From positions 17,484,001-17,548,000 of the forward strand of contig OX597828.1 in NCBI GenBank assembly GCA_951406725.2: DNA of 64,000 nucleotides. Direction: 5' to 3'. The stretch is from Octopus vulgaris. Taxonomy: Eukaryota. The position numbers were made by a program, and so were the translations under genes. Of the stretch, positions 26,976 through 41,624 are shown piece after piece. Numbering within the stretch: the stretch's first letter is position 1; every line of letters starts with the position of its first letter. Below the pieces are notes generated by a model, which did not search any database, had not been told where the DNA came from, and was given only the letters and a program-made list of their open reading frames with translations.

Positions 26976-27166
26976 GAGTGTATTTTTACCTTGTTAACAA
27001 TTAACACGGAAAAAATAAACAAATAGTTACCAGGGCAGCAAAAATCTCACAAGTAAAGGTGTTGTAACTCCTTGTTTATAAAGGTAGAAACTTCGTGTTT
27101 ACGTTGAATATTTTGAATAATATGAATAAAAAAATGGAGTTAACGCAGGTGTAATAAAATATTTTT

Positions 27167-27252
27167 ACTTTCGACACATGTTTCGAAAATTCCACTGATA
27201 CTATTCAAAAGAATAAATGGTATAAACAATGCAATCTTCTCCTCAGGAAAGT
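27167..27252 (-). ncRNA. Type I hammerhead ribozyme in the 3' pseudo-LTR
   Basis: On - strand: actttc-CTGAGGA-gaagattgcattg...cagtggaattttc-GAAA-catgtg-TC-gaaagt. Confidence 0.9.
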
Positions 27253-27479
27253 GAAAAAAACGAAACTCGTCAATCAGATATTTTAGCAAAAAATGATGGA
27301 TTTGTATAGCGATAGACAGAACGCTATTAATATTGTTTAAAAAAACGTTATATGATATAACGTCATAAGTAGCTAACAGAAACAGTAGGGATATTAATAG
27401 TGAATGTTAAATATAAAGGAAATTAAAGTTTAAATTATATATAATGATAGAGACTACTTATATGCACTAAATGTATGTT

Positions 27480-28435
27480 TTTGCCAATGCTTACATCTGT
27501 ATGCTCGCTCTGTAACCGTGTTTACTAGAGTATTTTTAGAAAAAATAATGAAAAATAGCTCAGAATTGCAGAGAAGACAGAATTTCTTGCCTTCGTCATA
27601 TGGTATCGAAATTGAGAGAATCAACCATTCTAAATGAAATTGTTCATTGTGGTCTTTTAAATTCCCAAATCAGTTTGCTGAGACCGGTACTATTCCGTTT
27701 ATTTCTATCCCTAAATGTTGAGTAATGGCTAGAAATTCTTTTAGATAACTCTAACGATGTGCTTCCAATGTAAAATCGTACTTTATTACGAGTACTGATT
27801 ATACACTGGTATATAGAATTTTTAACCTTAGAGTTACTTGACATAAACTTAATTCTATTGGAATTGACTTCAGATACAATAACCTTGTTATTAATATTTC
27901 TAGAGGGTTGGATGGTATTAGCTAAATTAATGTTAGTATTAGTAAATGTATTAATATTTAACAGTTTGTTATTATGAGAAGAGATAATTTGCAAGAGATT
28001 TTTTTGTGTTTGAAAAACCTATCCTAACCTTATGTGAATTGATTATAGAGTAATATCAAGAATTGTTTGGAAAATTCCTAGCAATAGCTTGACGAAACAG
28101 CAGTGGGAGATTAGATTTAATTTGTCTCCCGTAAGGAATTAGTAACCAAATATTTTTACTAGTATTCATAGCGTAATTACTTTTGAAGGTGTTATATTTA
28201 CTTTTAGATCGATAATAGGGGATTAAATAAGGGTTATCTGCCTTCATTCGCTTTGTAACGGTGCGTAAGTTATGTTTGTTATCAATAATTCTTTGACGAC
28301 TAGAAATCTTATCTACATTATTGAATTTACAATTAGACTGAGCAGAATCTATGTAGAAAATTTTCTCTGTATAACCTGCTTTGATTAAGGCAGAGTTATA
28401 GAATTCAGCGTTATTATTGAAAATATCAACATTAG
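27480..28435 (-). pseudogene. PLE polyprotein C-terminus (RT thumb/linker plus GIY-YIG), frameshifted
   Basis: IY...YIG motif with downstream R and H, STGLSKLIWE; stop and frameshifts separate the ORF pieces. Confidence 0.88.
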
Positions 28436-28519
28436 CAATATTAATAGCGTTCTGTCTATCGCTATACAAATCCATAATTTTTTGCTAAAATGTCTTATTG
28501 ACGAGTTTCGTTTTTTTCC

Positions 28520-28603
28520 CTTTCCTGAGGAGAAGATTGCATTGTTTATACCATTTATTCTTTTGAATAGTATCAGTGGAATTTTCGAAACATGTGTCGA
28601 AAG
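28520..28603 (+). ncRNA. Type I hammerhead ribozyme in the inverted pseudo-LTR
   Basis: ctttc-CTGAGGA(28525-28531)-long stem II-GAAA(28587-28590)-catgtg-TC-gaaag; predicted cleavage after C28598. Confidence 0.9.
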
Positions 28604-28643
28604 TAAAAATATTTGATTACACCTGCGTTAACTCCATTTTTTA

Positions 28644-28698
<55 letters not shown>

Positions 28699-28746
28699 CA
28701 TACATACAATGTATATATAAATAAATAAATATATATATATATACAT

Positions 28747-28800
<54 letters not shown>

Positions 28801-29067
28801 GTATAATAAATAAAAATTGTATGGTAAGTAAACAAACGACATAATGTATGCTAAATAATTATATATATGTATATGTATATATGTCTACAAAAATACATAC
28901 ATAATACGTATTTATTCATATACCTGTTTAAGCCTACATGTAAGGGCCATGCTGCGGAACAGCCATTAAAATACACGCGCTACCGGTTCTGCTAATCTAC
29001 TGCAGTCATATACACATCCATAGACACGTCACGCACGCACACACAATCACATGTATATATGTATATA

Positions 29068-29108
<41 letters not shown>

Positions 29109-29711
29109 TTCCTAATGTAATTTATTACGGTTAAGCAGCAAATTCAGCCTGTAAATAGCAGCTGGCTGCTACTCCAATATCTTTTCAGCATATTCAAAAG
29201 ATGATTCAAATTTAATGCTCTTCTTAAATTTATCCACCCCATTTATCAAGTTTATCTTGAGCTGCTTCGTTGTCTTCAACAGGAGAAGGTCTTTTCGTAA
29301 CCTATTCCGGTTTGCAAATATTTTCTATTTAAGAAAGGGTTTTGCTGCCGCTTTTGTAAGCCTATTAGATTGCGGATTCTTGTGAATAGTTTCTTGTTAA
29401 TGATTGATGGATTTCTAAGATATCATGTTTGTCGAGGTTAACTTTCGCTTTGCTATTATGTTACGCACAGGTTATGTGTTTAAGTATGTATATATGTAGG
29501 TATGTATGTATGTCTGCCTGTATGTATGTATGTATGTATGTATGTATGTATGTATGTATGTATGTATCTGTGTATCTATGCATGCATGTTTATATATATA
29601 TATATATATATAATTATATATATATAATTATATATATATATATATATATATATTATAAAGTTTGGAGATGATGTACAGGTATTTTATATTAGAAGTACCT
29701 CATTTCTTCTA

Positions 29712-29768
<57 letters not shown>

Positions 29769-30195
29769 ATGTATGTATGTATATGTATGTATGCATATAT
29801 ATATGCGTGTATATATATCATATATATATGCATGTGTGTGTATAATTATGTATGCAGGTAGGTATATATGTATATGTATATTTATAAATGCATGCACTAA
29901 CATATATATTACTCTGTCTCTGTCTCTCTCTCACTCTCTCTCTCCTCTATATATATATACATATATATGCGAGTGTGTGTGTACACATATGCGCGTGTGG
30001 GCGCACACTCACACAATGATATATATACATGAATATATTTACACATGCATCTACACATATAACCATATATCCATGCATACATATATACAGCATACATGCA
30101 TAAACATTAATGTGTTCTCTTCCGTTTCTGTAGCTTTGAGAGCAATCTTGAAATCAGGGCCTTGTATGACAAGTTGGTATATGTATGTGTGTATG

Positions 30196-30226
<31 letters not shown>

Positions 30227-30237
30227 AAATGTATGTG

Positions 30238-30850
<613 letters not shown>

Positions 30851-31419
30851 CTGCTACTTGTACCACTGTTAAAATTCTGCAGTGGATTTATTCTTCTACC
30901 TCCAAAAGAAGATCAATGCTGAAATTTGATTTGAAATAGTAGAATGGCTTTCAAATCAAATTGACTCAAGCGTTCAAATTTCTACTGAGATTTTGCCCAC
31001 AAGATGAACTCTGTGGATTTTGCCTCGGGCATATTTGGTAGCGCAATAATTTGTATTCCATTTGGAATACACTTCCTCGTCGAAAGCGCTGCTCCAGTGG
31101 CAAGTCTGCAGTCAGCTCGGCCATTTTAATCGACAATTTTCCTGCGGCACAATCTTTGTTTTTTGGGGGTTTTTTTCAAAGAAAAAAACCCGTAAAAAAG
31201 CAAACAAGAATGTGTCTTTTATACAGAATGCAAACTTGTTCTTGTTGTTGTTGTTTATTTACGTTGTTGTTGCTAGTGATGGTGATGACTGTGTGGAATG
31301 TTTTGTTGTGTTTGTCGTTGTTGTTTTTTTTTGCTCTTGCTTTTTTTAAAAAATTTAGATGCTAAAATTAGCAACATTTAGTTTTGATTCGGGCAAATAT
31401 GCTTTTTCGGCGTATTTCC

Positions 31420-31920
31420 AGAAGAAGAAGAAGAAGAAGAAGAAGAAGGAGGAGAAGAAGGAGGAGGGGAGAAGAAGAAGGAGAAGGAGGAGGAAGATGA
31501 AAAGAAGAAGAAGAAGAAGAAGAAGAAGAAGAAGAAGAAGAAGAAGAAGAAGAAGAAGAAGAAGAAGAAGGAGAGTTGTTGTGGGGTGATGAAAATGCTG
31601 CTGCTGCTGCCGCCGCTGATGATGATATTGTGGTGCTGGTGATGATGATGATAACGATGACGGCGGCAATGACGACGATGTCCTTGATCATGATGGTGAT
31701 GACGATAATTTTATGATGGGGAGGAGGTTGACGGTGTTGATGGAATTATTGTTGTTGTTGGTGGTGGTAGTGATAATGAAGGCGATGGTGATGCTGACAA
31801 AGATGATGATGATGAGGAGGAGGACGGGGGAATAATAATAAGAAGAAAGCGACGAGTAAGATATAGAAGAAAAAGAAGAAAACCCACAACACCAACAGCA
31901 ACAACAACAACAAGTAACAA
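31420..31920. repeat. (GAA)n/(GGA)n/(GAT)n/(CAA)n trinucleotide low-complexity region
   Basis: Read directly. Confidence 0.95.
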
Positions 31921-32277
31921 AAAGAAAAGAAAACAAAGAATGGAATGAAGTGAATATCTTAAGTCGTGGAATGAATTCCATTCCTTCTATTAAACAGGCA
32001 CACACACACAGACACACACACACACAGACACACACACAGACACACACATACTCACACACTAATAAATTAGAAGACGCAAATAGTAGAGAATTTCATTTGT
32101 ACAGTGACTTCCTTTTTGTCTGTCTGTCTGTGATAAATTTAGAAATAAAATATCGGATTGATGTCTTTTGACTGGGAGGCATTAGACACGACTGTTGGAG
32201 ACAGTTGACATTCTTCACAAGGAATAGATAATAGATGTTGTTGTTTCTTTTCTAAAAAATGTTCTGTCGCAAATAAG

Positions 32278-32490
32278 GCGGCATGCTGGCAGTATCGTTT
32301 GCAAGGCGGGCAGCAATGCTTAACGGTTTTTCGTCCCTCTTGAAGTTCCAGGTTCAAACGCTACAGAAGTCGACTTTGCGCTTCATTCTTTGCGATCGAT
32401 AAAGTAGATACCATATGAGTACTAGTGTTGATGTCAATGACTTACTCCTCCTCAAAAACTGCTGGTCTTGTGCCCTACTTTGAAGTCAAT
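32278..32490 (+). mobile_element. SINE family A, degenerate
   Basis: ggcggcatgctggcagtatcg...gtcgactttgcgcttcattctttgcgatcgataaa. Confidence 0.7.
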
Positions 32491-33134
32491 ATTTGGTTAC
32501 AAAATATGTTTTTTTTTTGTTTTTGTTTGCTACGCCATCTTCCTGTATTGTTTTATTTATTTTTGGAAATCCCTTTGACTGGTTTCATTCACTGAACTTC
32601 GACCTTGTTAGAGCACAAATGTGATATATGAGGATTCAGTCGATCAAATCGAACCTAGTCGTTGTTTTTAGAATTTATCGGTCTCAATTTTTTAACCGCT
32701 AAGTGTAGGGGCATAAATAAACGATACCGATTGCCAAGTGGAACGAGATAAGCTCAAACGCAAACGTAAATGCATGTACACACACAAAAACACACACACA
32801 CATACACACACACACACAGCATACATATACACACACACAGCCTTGTGAGTATATTTGAAGATAGAAACTGAAAGAAGTCCATCGTATGTGTGTATGTCTG
32901 TATGAGTATAGGCGTTATTGTATTTTGTGTTTGCCTCCCGACCCACTGCTAGACAACAGGTGCTGACTTGTTTATGTCGCCACAACTTAGCGGTCCGGCA
33001 AAAGGAACAGACAGAATATGCACCGTGTTTAAGAAAAATAAATACCGGGATGTCTTTGTACGATTAAAATCAAGCCGGTAACCCAGTACGTCTGCAGTCC
33101 AACAACTGAAGTACGCCTATGATATATATGTATA

Positions 33135-33187
<53 letters not shown>

Positions 33188-33189
33188 TC

Positions 33190-33585
33190 TTACTCTTTTA
33201 CTTGTTTCAGTCATTTGACTGCGGCCATGCTGGAGCACCACCTTTAGTCGAGCAAATCAACCCTAGTATTTATTCTTTGTTAGCCTAGGACTTATTCTAT
33301 CTGTCTCTTTTGCCTAGCCGCTAAATTACGGGAAGGTAAACACACCAGCATCGGTTGCCAAACGATGTTGGGGGGAGGCACATACACACATATATATATA
33401 TATATATACATATATATATACATATATACGACGGGCTTCTTTCAGTTTCCGTCTACCAAATCCACTCACAAGGCTTTGGTCGGCCCGAGGCTATAGTATA
33501 AGACACTTGCCCAAGGTTCCACACAGTGGGACTGAACCCGGAACCATGTGGCTGTTAAGCAAGCTACTTACCACACAGCCACTCT
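33190..33585 (-). mobile_element. SINE family B, full length
   Basis: Reverse complement of 38403-38790. Confidence 0.92.
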
Positions 33586-33902
33586 ATATATAATACTGTG
33601 CAAACCATTAAGTATTTATACACAAAAGAGGTGACGTTTGACAGGACATCTTACATGCTAGAAAGGGCAGTCAAAACCTATACAACGAATAAAAGCAATT
33701 TCAAAGAGAATGAAAATAAAAATAAGAATATGCTTCAACACACGAACTCACATAAAGAATATTGCAAACCAAATCTAAAACCTAAAGAAAATTTTTTCAT
33801 ATGTTTTTCTAAATTTTCTACCCTTATTTTCACAGTATACACACACATACACACACACACACACACACATGTACACACGCGTGCGCGCGCATATATATAT
33901 AT

Positions 33903-34210
33903 GGAAGCACTCCATCGGTTACGACGACGAGGGTTCCGGTTGATCCGATCAACGGAACAGCCTGCTCGTGAAATTAACGTGTAAGTGGCTGAGCACTCCA
34001 CAGACACGTGTACCCTTAACGTAGTTCTCGGGGATATTCAGAGTGACACAGAGAGTGACATACTGGTACAACAGAAATACAGGTACAACAGAAACAGGAA
34101 GTAAGAGTGAGAGAAAGTTGTGGTGAAAGAGTACAGCAGGGATCACCACCATCCCTGCCGGAGCATCGTGGAGCTTTTAGGTGTTTTCGCTCAATAAACA
34201 CTCACAACGC

Positions 34211-34213
<3 letters not shown>
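33903..34213 (-). mobile_element. SINE family C, 5'-truncated
   Basis: Reverse complement of ~5495-5800. Confidence 0.92.
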
Positions 34214-34278
<65 letters not shown>

Positions 34279-35201
34279 TTAGTAATGATAAGGAGAACGG
34301 AGATTTTTCACATCCATAATTTCATTAAACAATTATTTAATGCATTCTCTCCTTGATCCAGCATCGACTGCACACCGTTAGATACACAACATGGTGTCAT
34401 AGTCGGTGCAGTTTCATTTACTGCCGTTACGAAGTGAAATTGAAGGAACCAGTAAATTGTTAACTCGGGTATCACAAAAGGACCGTTGTGGTTAACCGGC
34501 TGTGAAACCGAATTAAGAGGAAACATGGTAACCACCAGCATAATATATCCCTTTAAACTCATATATATATATAATATAATATAATATAATATAATATAAA
34601 TTAGAGATAAAACTACTATTATGTCTATCAAACAGTGATAGACATAAACCAAAACATAAATAACAAATGATATATATTTTTATAAAACATATAACTTATA
34701 ACATATATACATACATGCATACATACATATAGGTAGATAAAAGTTCATAAACAAGACAAATCAACGCATGACTATTTTACTACAGAATTAATCATTTTAC
34801 TAACGGAAGGTTTCTCTAAACCTGTCGCTATCTTCACTACTTTTTCTGTGTACTCTCAGCCTGCTCATCATCGTCTTTCTTTCATCACAAAATCTATAGT
34901 TATATTTGGGTATGATATATTCATAGCTATTTTTTACTGTCATACACGGAAAATGAAACTTTGGCTTAAAATAAGGGACAAATTATATATCATTACTCAT
35001 ATTGCATACATGTATTCACTGAGTAAAATGAATGTATTTGCGGCATTTTTCTTTCATTCCATCAAAGGAATTATATGAAAATGATTTTGAGTTGAGCGAA
35101 ATGTGAGAGATACGGACTGGAACCCGTGGCTGTTATTGTGATATAGAATAATGAGGTAGGGAACTGTCCTCGTAGTTACAGTGTCTAACAGAATGTCTGA
35201 T

Positions 35202-35582
35202 CGTAGCACTCCTTTGGTTACGACGACGAGGGATCCATTTGATCCGATCAACGGAACAGCCAGCTCGTGAAAGTAACGTGCAAGTGGTTGAGCACTCCAC
35301 AGTCACGTGTACCTTTTAACGTAGTTCTCGGGTAGATTTAGCGTGACACAGAGTGTGACAAGGCTGGCCATTCGAAATACAGGCAGAACAGAAACAGGAC
35401 GAAAGAGTGCTAGACGGTTGTGGTGAAATAGTACAGCAGGGTTTGCCATCAGCCCTGCTGGGGCATCGTGTTGCTTTAGGCATTTTCGTACAATAAATAC
35501 ATCGCCCGGTCTGGGAATCCAAAACTGCGATCCTACGACCGTGAGTCCGCTTCCCTAGCCACTGGGCCATTGCGCTTCAACT
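35202..35582 (-). mobile_element. SINE family C, full length
   Basis: Reverse complement of 5420-5802; TSD agaatgtctgat at 35190-35201 and 35583-35594. Confidence 0.92.
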
Positions 35583-36497
35583 AGAATGTCTGATAACATT
35601 GATTCGATCTTTGTACGTTAAGATGGCAACTTCTTACTTGCTCCAAAATTTGTTACTTTCTTGTCTTTTGTCTTAACGACATCAGCTGTGTGAAGAGGAA
35701 AGATCGGGACGGTTGAGTGACTACTAGTCCTCAATAAACAAAATATACTTGCACAGTTATGCGCCTTGAAAACAATATGTCCACCAAGTATAGTCCCATG
35801 GAATCACAAGGTCACACACAAAAAATACTACCATTATTTTCAAACAAATTTGTACCGAAATATCTTATATTAAATTAAGCCTTAATTAAGCATTCTGTTT
35901 GAATGTCTTCCACAAAATTTCTATTTTTTTCTTTTTTCTACGAAACATGAAACTAGACGGAAACGTTCTCTGCATCTATATTTATATAAAAAATATTTTC
36001 CTATGAACTGATTTTTAGTTATTTGTGTGTGTCTGTCTGTGTGTTTGTGCGGAATTAGAATACCACACCTCATACTGCGTAAACATTGTTCCTGGTGTGG
36101 TTAGCAGCTGACTTTCTGCTGGTTGAAGGATTAGGTAAATCACCATGTGTTTGTTTCTCTAATACGAGATGATAGAATTACAAAAGTAATATTGACATTA
36201 TTCTTGGATTGTTGGTAGTCATTCTGAAATAGCCACTAAGTGCGAAGAAATAATTTCCAAAATTCTCTTCCAAAAGAGAGAAACATTCCAAAATACTGGC
36301 TGTTTTCTTCATTAGAAGACATCTCCATGTTTTCTTTGACGAACGTGGATTTTTTAAAACTAAAATGTAAACGGGGTTTCTTTTTATTGTCATGTGGATT
36401 AAAAGACATTTTACTGTTTATTTTTATTTTCTTGTCTTATAAAACAAAAATTCCTATGTTCTAGACTTTAAAATCTCGTTTCATATGTTGCAAGACT

Positions 36498-36544
<47 letters not shown>

Positions 36545-36545
<1 letters not shown>

Positions 36546-37012
36546 ATTCTTTAACTTGTTTCAGTCATTTGACTGCGGCCATGCTGGAGCACTGCATTTA
36601 GTCGAACAGATCGCCCACAGGACTTATTCTGTGTACGCCTACTACTTATTCTATCGGGTCTCTTTTGCCGAACCGCTAAGTTACGGGGACACAAACACCC
36701 CAACATCGGTTTGTCAAGCGATGACGGTGGACAAACACAGACACATACACAAATATTCATACACAAATATATATCCATACATATGTGTGTGTGCGTGTGC
36801 GTAATTGTCTGTGTTTGCCCCACACCATAGCTTGACAACCGACGTTGGTGTGTTTACGTCCCCGTAACCTAGCAGTTCGGCAAAATAGGCCGAAGTACTA
36901 TAGAAAGTACTATGCTTCCCAAAGAATAAGTCTTTGGTCGATTTATTCGACTAAAGGCGGTGCTCCAGCCTGGCCGCAGTCAAATGACTGAAAGAAATAT
37001 AAGAATAAAAGA
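36545..37012. mobile_element. Inverted pair of SINE B 3' halves around a microsatellite
   Basis: 36545-36745 (-) and 36805-37012 (+) are diverged reverse complements. Confidence 0.88.
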
Positions 37013-37795
37013 ATTACACATACATATATGGATGGATGTTTAGATCGACAAATTGATATATATGTACAGAGGCAGAAAAGTCCAATCCCCAGAAAAGCAG
37101 TTACCTTAAGGCTTGCCTCAAGAACGTTGAACATTCTGGAGTACCTGTTCATTTTAGGGTATTGATATAAAAACATATCATTTTCGTACAATATTTTGTG
37201 GCCTCTTGTTACTCTTTACCAAAAAATCGAACTGTGGACCTTCTGTTGAAGATCAGTAACTATTTGAGGAGAAGACGTCGGTAGATTTGGTATTTAAATA
37301 GTATTGCTCTGTATCGTTGCACTAAAATTTCACATGTGCCTTTCAGTAACCTCTCGGAATAATTCGTGCAGATAATCCGTGTAGTACTGAGACTCATAGA
37401 CACAATTACAGCAACGTGACATTGAGATGCACACAAATCGAATATTAACTGCTGCCAGAGAGCTGCGAATGACAAAGTAAATTCTGAGGCAGAACTTGTT
37501 GGCAATTCGTGTTACAGTGTTAAGGCCTGCGATACCTTCGTGTTGTCAGATCGCTGAGATAAAAAGAAGTGAACAGCAACAACACCAGCAAAAATAAGCA
37601 ATAACAACAACAGCACCATCAAATACAAGAAAAAGGTGCAGTTGCAAGTGAAAGGTGTGCTAATTATGACCAATCAAGGTGCGGAGTTGATATAAGAAGT
37701 CATTCTGTGAAGTAAACAACACACCCGAGCGGAAATATATGCATGTGTTTTCATATACATATATATATACAAGCATAAATACATACATACAAACT

Positions 37796-37835
<40 letters not shown>

Positions 37836-37898
37836 TATATACACATTCTCTCTCTCGTTTATATATACGTATGTATGTATATATATATAGTATGTATG

Positions 37899-37931
<33 letters not shown>

Positions 37932-38268
37932 TATATGTGTGTGTGTGCGTGGCGTATATGTGTGTGTGTGGTGTGTATGTGTGCATGTGTGTATGATATA
38001 TGCGTCTATATATATATATGTATTGATCTGTATGTATATGTGTATGCGTCTATGTGGTTGTTTCTGTCTTAGGTAGTCTATTCCTCAAACATGGTGGTTC
38101 GATACATTTTCGTCGAACAAAAATTGAGTAACGGCCAGTACTGAGCACTCGATATGATAGAGTTAAAACGTGAGATCAGCATCCCGTCGTAGCCGCGGTC
38201 ACCTGACTGAAAATAAAAGAATGTTGATGTACGTAAGTTGTAGTGTATCTGTCTATCTATCTGACGCT

Positions 38269-38402
<134 letters not shown>

Positions 38403-38790
38403 GAGTGGATGTGTGGTAAGTAGCTTGCTTACGAACCACATGGTTCCGGGTTCAGTCCCACTGTGTGGCACCTTGGGCAAGTGTCTTCTGCTATAGCATC
38501 GGGCCGACCAAAGCCTTGTGAGTGCATTTGGTAGACGGAAACTGAAAGAAGCCCGTCGTATATATGTATATATATACGTGTATATTTGTGTGTTGTGTTT
38601 GCCTCCCTCCCCCAATATCACTTGACAACCGATGCTGGTGTGTTTACGTCCCCGTAACTTAGCGGTTCGGCAAAAAAGACTAATAGAATAAGTACAAGGC
38701 TTACAAAGAATAAGTCCTGAGGTCGATTTGCTCGACTAAAGGCGGTGCTCCAGCATGGCTACAGTGAAATGACTGAAACAAATGAATAAA
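38403..38790 (+). mobile_element. SINE family B, full length (tRNA-like head, internal microsatellite)
   Basis: gtggtaagtagcttgcttacgaaccacatggttccgggttcagtccc...cttgacaaccgatgctggtg...ctccagcatggctacagtgaaatgactgaaac. Confidence 0.92.
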
Positions 38791-39749
38791 TGAAAATGAA
38801 AAAAAAATATATATCCTTTTGTCTGTATGACTATTCATCTTTCTATATGTGTATACACACATATATACATATATACTATAAATACACAGGGGTAAAACGT
38901 AACTTGATAAATATTTTGTCTATTTTAGATTTATACAGACCCCCCACACACACATGCGCGTACAAACACAAATAATTATATATATTTGTTTATATATGCA
39001 TAATATATGTGTGTGTATATGTAAACACACAAACACACACACGTACGCACACGCTCACACACACACTAACTCACAAGCACACACAGAAACACACACATAT
39101 ATCAATAAGCTAAGATGTATTTATGGAAAATGTGAATGCGACTGGAGCATGAATCAATGCCGGGTCATGTGACGTCGTCTCGAAATATTTCGTTTGGCTT
39201 TTAGCGATGTTTTATAAATTATTTTTTTATACAATAAATGATTTATTCGTCGCATATTTGTTTTAGATGCCTTTTTTTTTGTCTATGTTTGTAAACAATA
39301 CATAATTCACATTTTTCTTATTCTACGCAAATATATATGTCACAAGGTATTTATTATTATCATTTTGTTGTTTGTTTTGCTGTTGTATTTTTATCAAGAC
39401 ACGCCGTTAACCACTCATAGGCACATATCCAGTTACATTATCCGCATTAATTACGCGAAGTTAACTAAGGGAGATGATCTATCCAGGCTACTTAATATGT
39501 CTCTAAACAATTTACGTTTCCATTTGTTAAAATGAATGCTTTTAAAATTTTTAGAAAGAAACCAATGTTGAGCTACAATTATTTAAGGTTTCTCAATAAA
39601 ATAGATAATTAACAAAAATTAATCTGAACGGCAATTGAAATTGTTTGGAGATAAACCCAGTGCAGAGTTACAGGCAACGAGATAACTAAGCGTTTGTACG
39701 TGCGTGTGTTTCTGTGTTTTTATCAGATCTCATCGGTTCAGTATTGTTT

Positions 39750-40940
39750 CCTTTGTGTCTATTGATTTTAATCCTTATTTTTCATCGACAGTTTAAGCAC
39801 ACTCAAACGTATATTCTTCATTGCTCACAAATCAAATGTTAGAAAACATCGGATCTTGAGTTGAAGCATCCATCAAATCACGTTCCTGGTGTAACGTCTT
39901 TGCGGAATGAAACACCTTGGAGTCGCCTTGGGAGAGCGACAGAAACAGGTTGTGTTAAAGAAGCGTTACGAACAGTGGATGCACCAATTGGTGAGGTAGG
40001 GCAAGCGTTGCCGTCTTGAGAAAGTACGTTGCCTCACCGGGTAAGTTGAATTGCATCGTTGAACCAATGCATTTGCTAAAAGTATGTCTCTACATTGACT
40101 GTGTGGTTGGTTTCCAGTTATTTGTATAGCTCTTCGTAATCCCGCCGAACGCAGATACTTGCCTTGCGTGAAGGCATTTCTGGTTAGGCTCAAGTTGTTG
40201 CTTTCATGTCAGGACTCAACCGTTGCTTCTTTTGCTTCATATACACGCAACAATGCAATTTTTCATCGGCGGTGACGATGTTGTGAATAAATCTGTTTGC
40301 GCCCACGCCTAGCCTGGCGCCGAGCAAGTAAACTGATGGCGGTAAAGGATTGTTGGAGTTTGTTCCTTCCGTTCAGAGTGTGTGACTCGTACGCATCAGT
40401 TTTAGGACCTTACCAATCAAGCGATTGTGACGTCGGAAAATATCAGGACATCACCCCATCTCTTGGGCCAACTCCGTCGTGGATTGGAGCGGATCCTCGA
40501 GAATGGGTTTATTCAATTGATCCTCATTGAGCTGAACACGTCTGCCGAAACGCGGGGGATCTGTGAGGTTGAATTTCCCCTTCTTGAAGCGTATAAACCA
40601 ACTCTGTTCAGACTTTTCAGTAAAACTGACTTCTCCGTACACAACACAAAATTCTTGAGCGGCTTTGGCGTCTTGGAAACCTCGTCTGAAAGCGAAAAGA
40701 ATCAAGAATCGTAAATGCTTGGGTTTTTTTTTTGGGGGGGGGGGTTCCACCTAGAAGTCTATATGTCTGAAAACAGGTAAAAGTTATTCAAATTTCAAAA
40801 TAGATAAACATAAGTTATAGAGGAAAGAATAGAGCTATAAAAAAGCATAAAATACTACGATAAAAATATTTTTTTTGTGTGTGTTAATTCAAATAACGTC
40901 GGAAAGAAAAGAATTTCTCTGACAACACGGTTTATGCATA
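39750..40940 (-). mobile_element. Decayed mariner (Mos1-like) transposon
   Basis: ORF 40451-40750 HLRFLILFAFRRG...FCVVYGE...WFIRFKKGKFNLTDPPRFGR...EDPLQSTTELA; IVTADEK catalytic remnant near 40260-40290; left boundary uncertain. Confidence 0.88.
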
Positions 40941-41261
40941 AACATTGGCTACGTATACATAGCTCTAGATATTCACTATATATACAAAGGTGCACACACA
41001 CAAACACTCATACACACGCGTGCGCAAACAGACGCACACACACGCATACACACAAAATGACATTCACGCACACACACACACACACACACACATACATATA
41101 TGCATCATTTTATATTTATTATATTTTCACAGTTTTTATCGAAAGAATGATTGCTCATGAATTCTTTATATTGTATAAAACAGCAAAAAACACTTGATAT
41201 ATGATGTGTGGCCTACATGAAACTCTGAGTAGTAGAATTAGACATCACTCCAAAGTATGTG

Positions 41262-41319
<58 letters not shown>

Positions 41320-41320
<1 letters not shown>

Positions 41321-41624
41321 GTTTCTTTATTAGCCACACAGGGCTGCACACAGATAGAACAAATTACATGGTAGAGCTTTTCTTTTGAAGGTTTAAAAAA
41401 AAAAAAGATTTTTTAAAAATAAAAAATAAAAAAATAATAAAATAACAAATAAAATAAAATAAAAAATTGGGGGCGATCAAAAGGGATCGTAAAAGGAGAG
41501 AAAGAGGACAAAAAAGGGGGGGGTTAAAAAAAAAGGGGGAGAAGAAAACAAATTGATCAATAGGGATCGTTATCACAGAAATGTCAATATGAAGTGTAAA
41601 GGGGAGGACAGGTGAGGTTTACCC

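Larger units (their letters stand above)
26950..28643 (-). mobile_element. 5'-truncated Penelope-like element with inverted pseudo-LTRs, between (TA)n tracts
   Basis: RT-thumb/linker DIFNNNAEFYNSALIKAGY...WLLIPYGRQIKSNL (28056-28475); GIY-YIG NSIYQC...FYIGSTSLELSKRISSHYSTF (27644-27994); inverted arms ~27127-27335 / 28436-28643. Confidence 0.92.
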
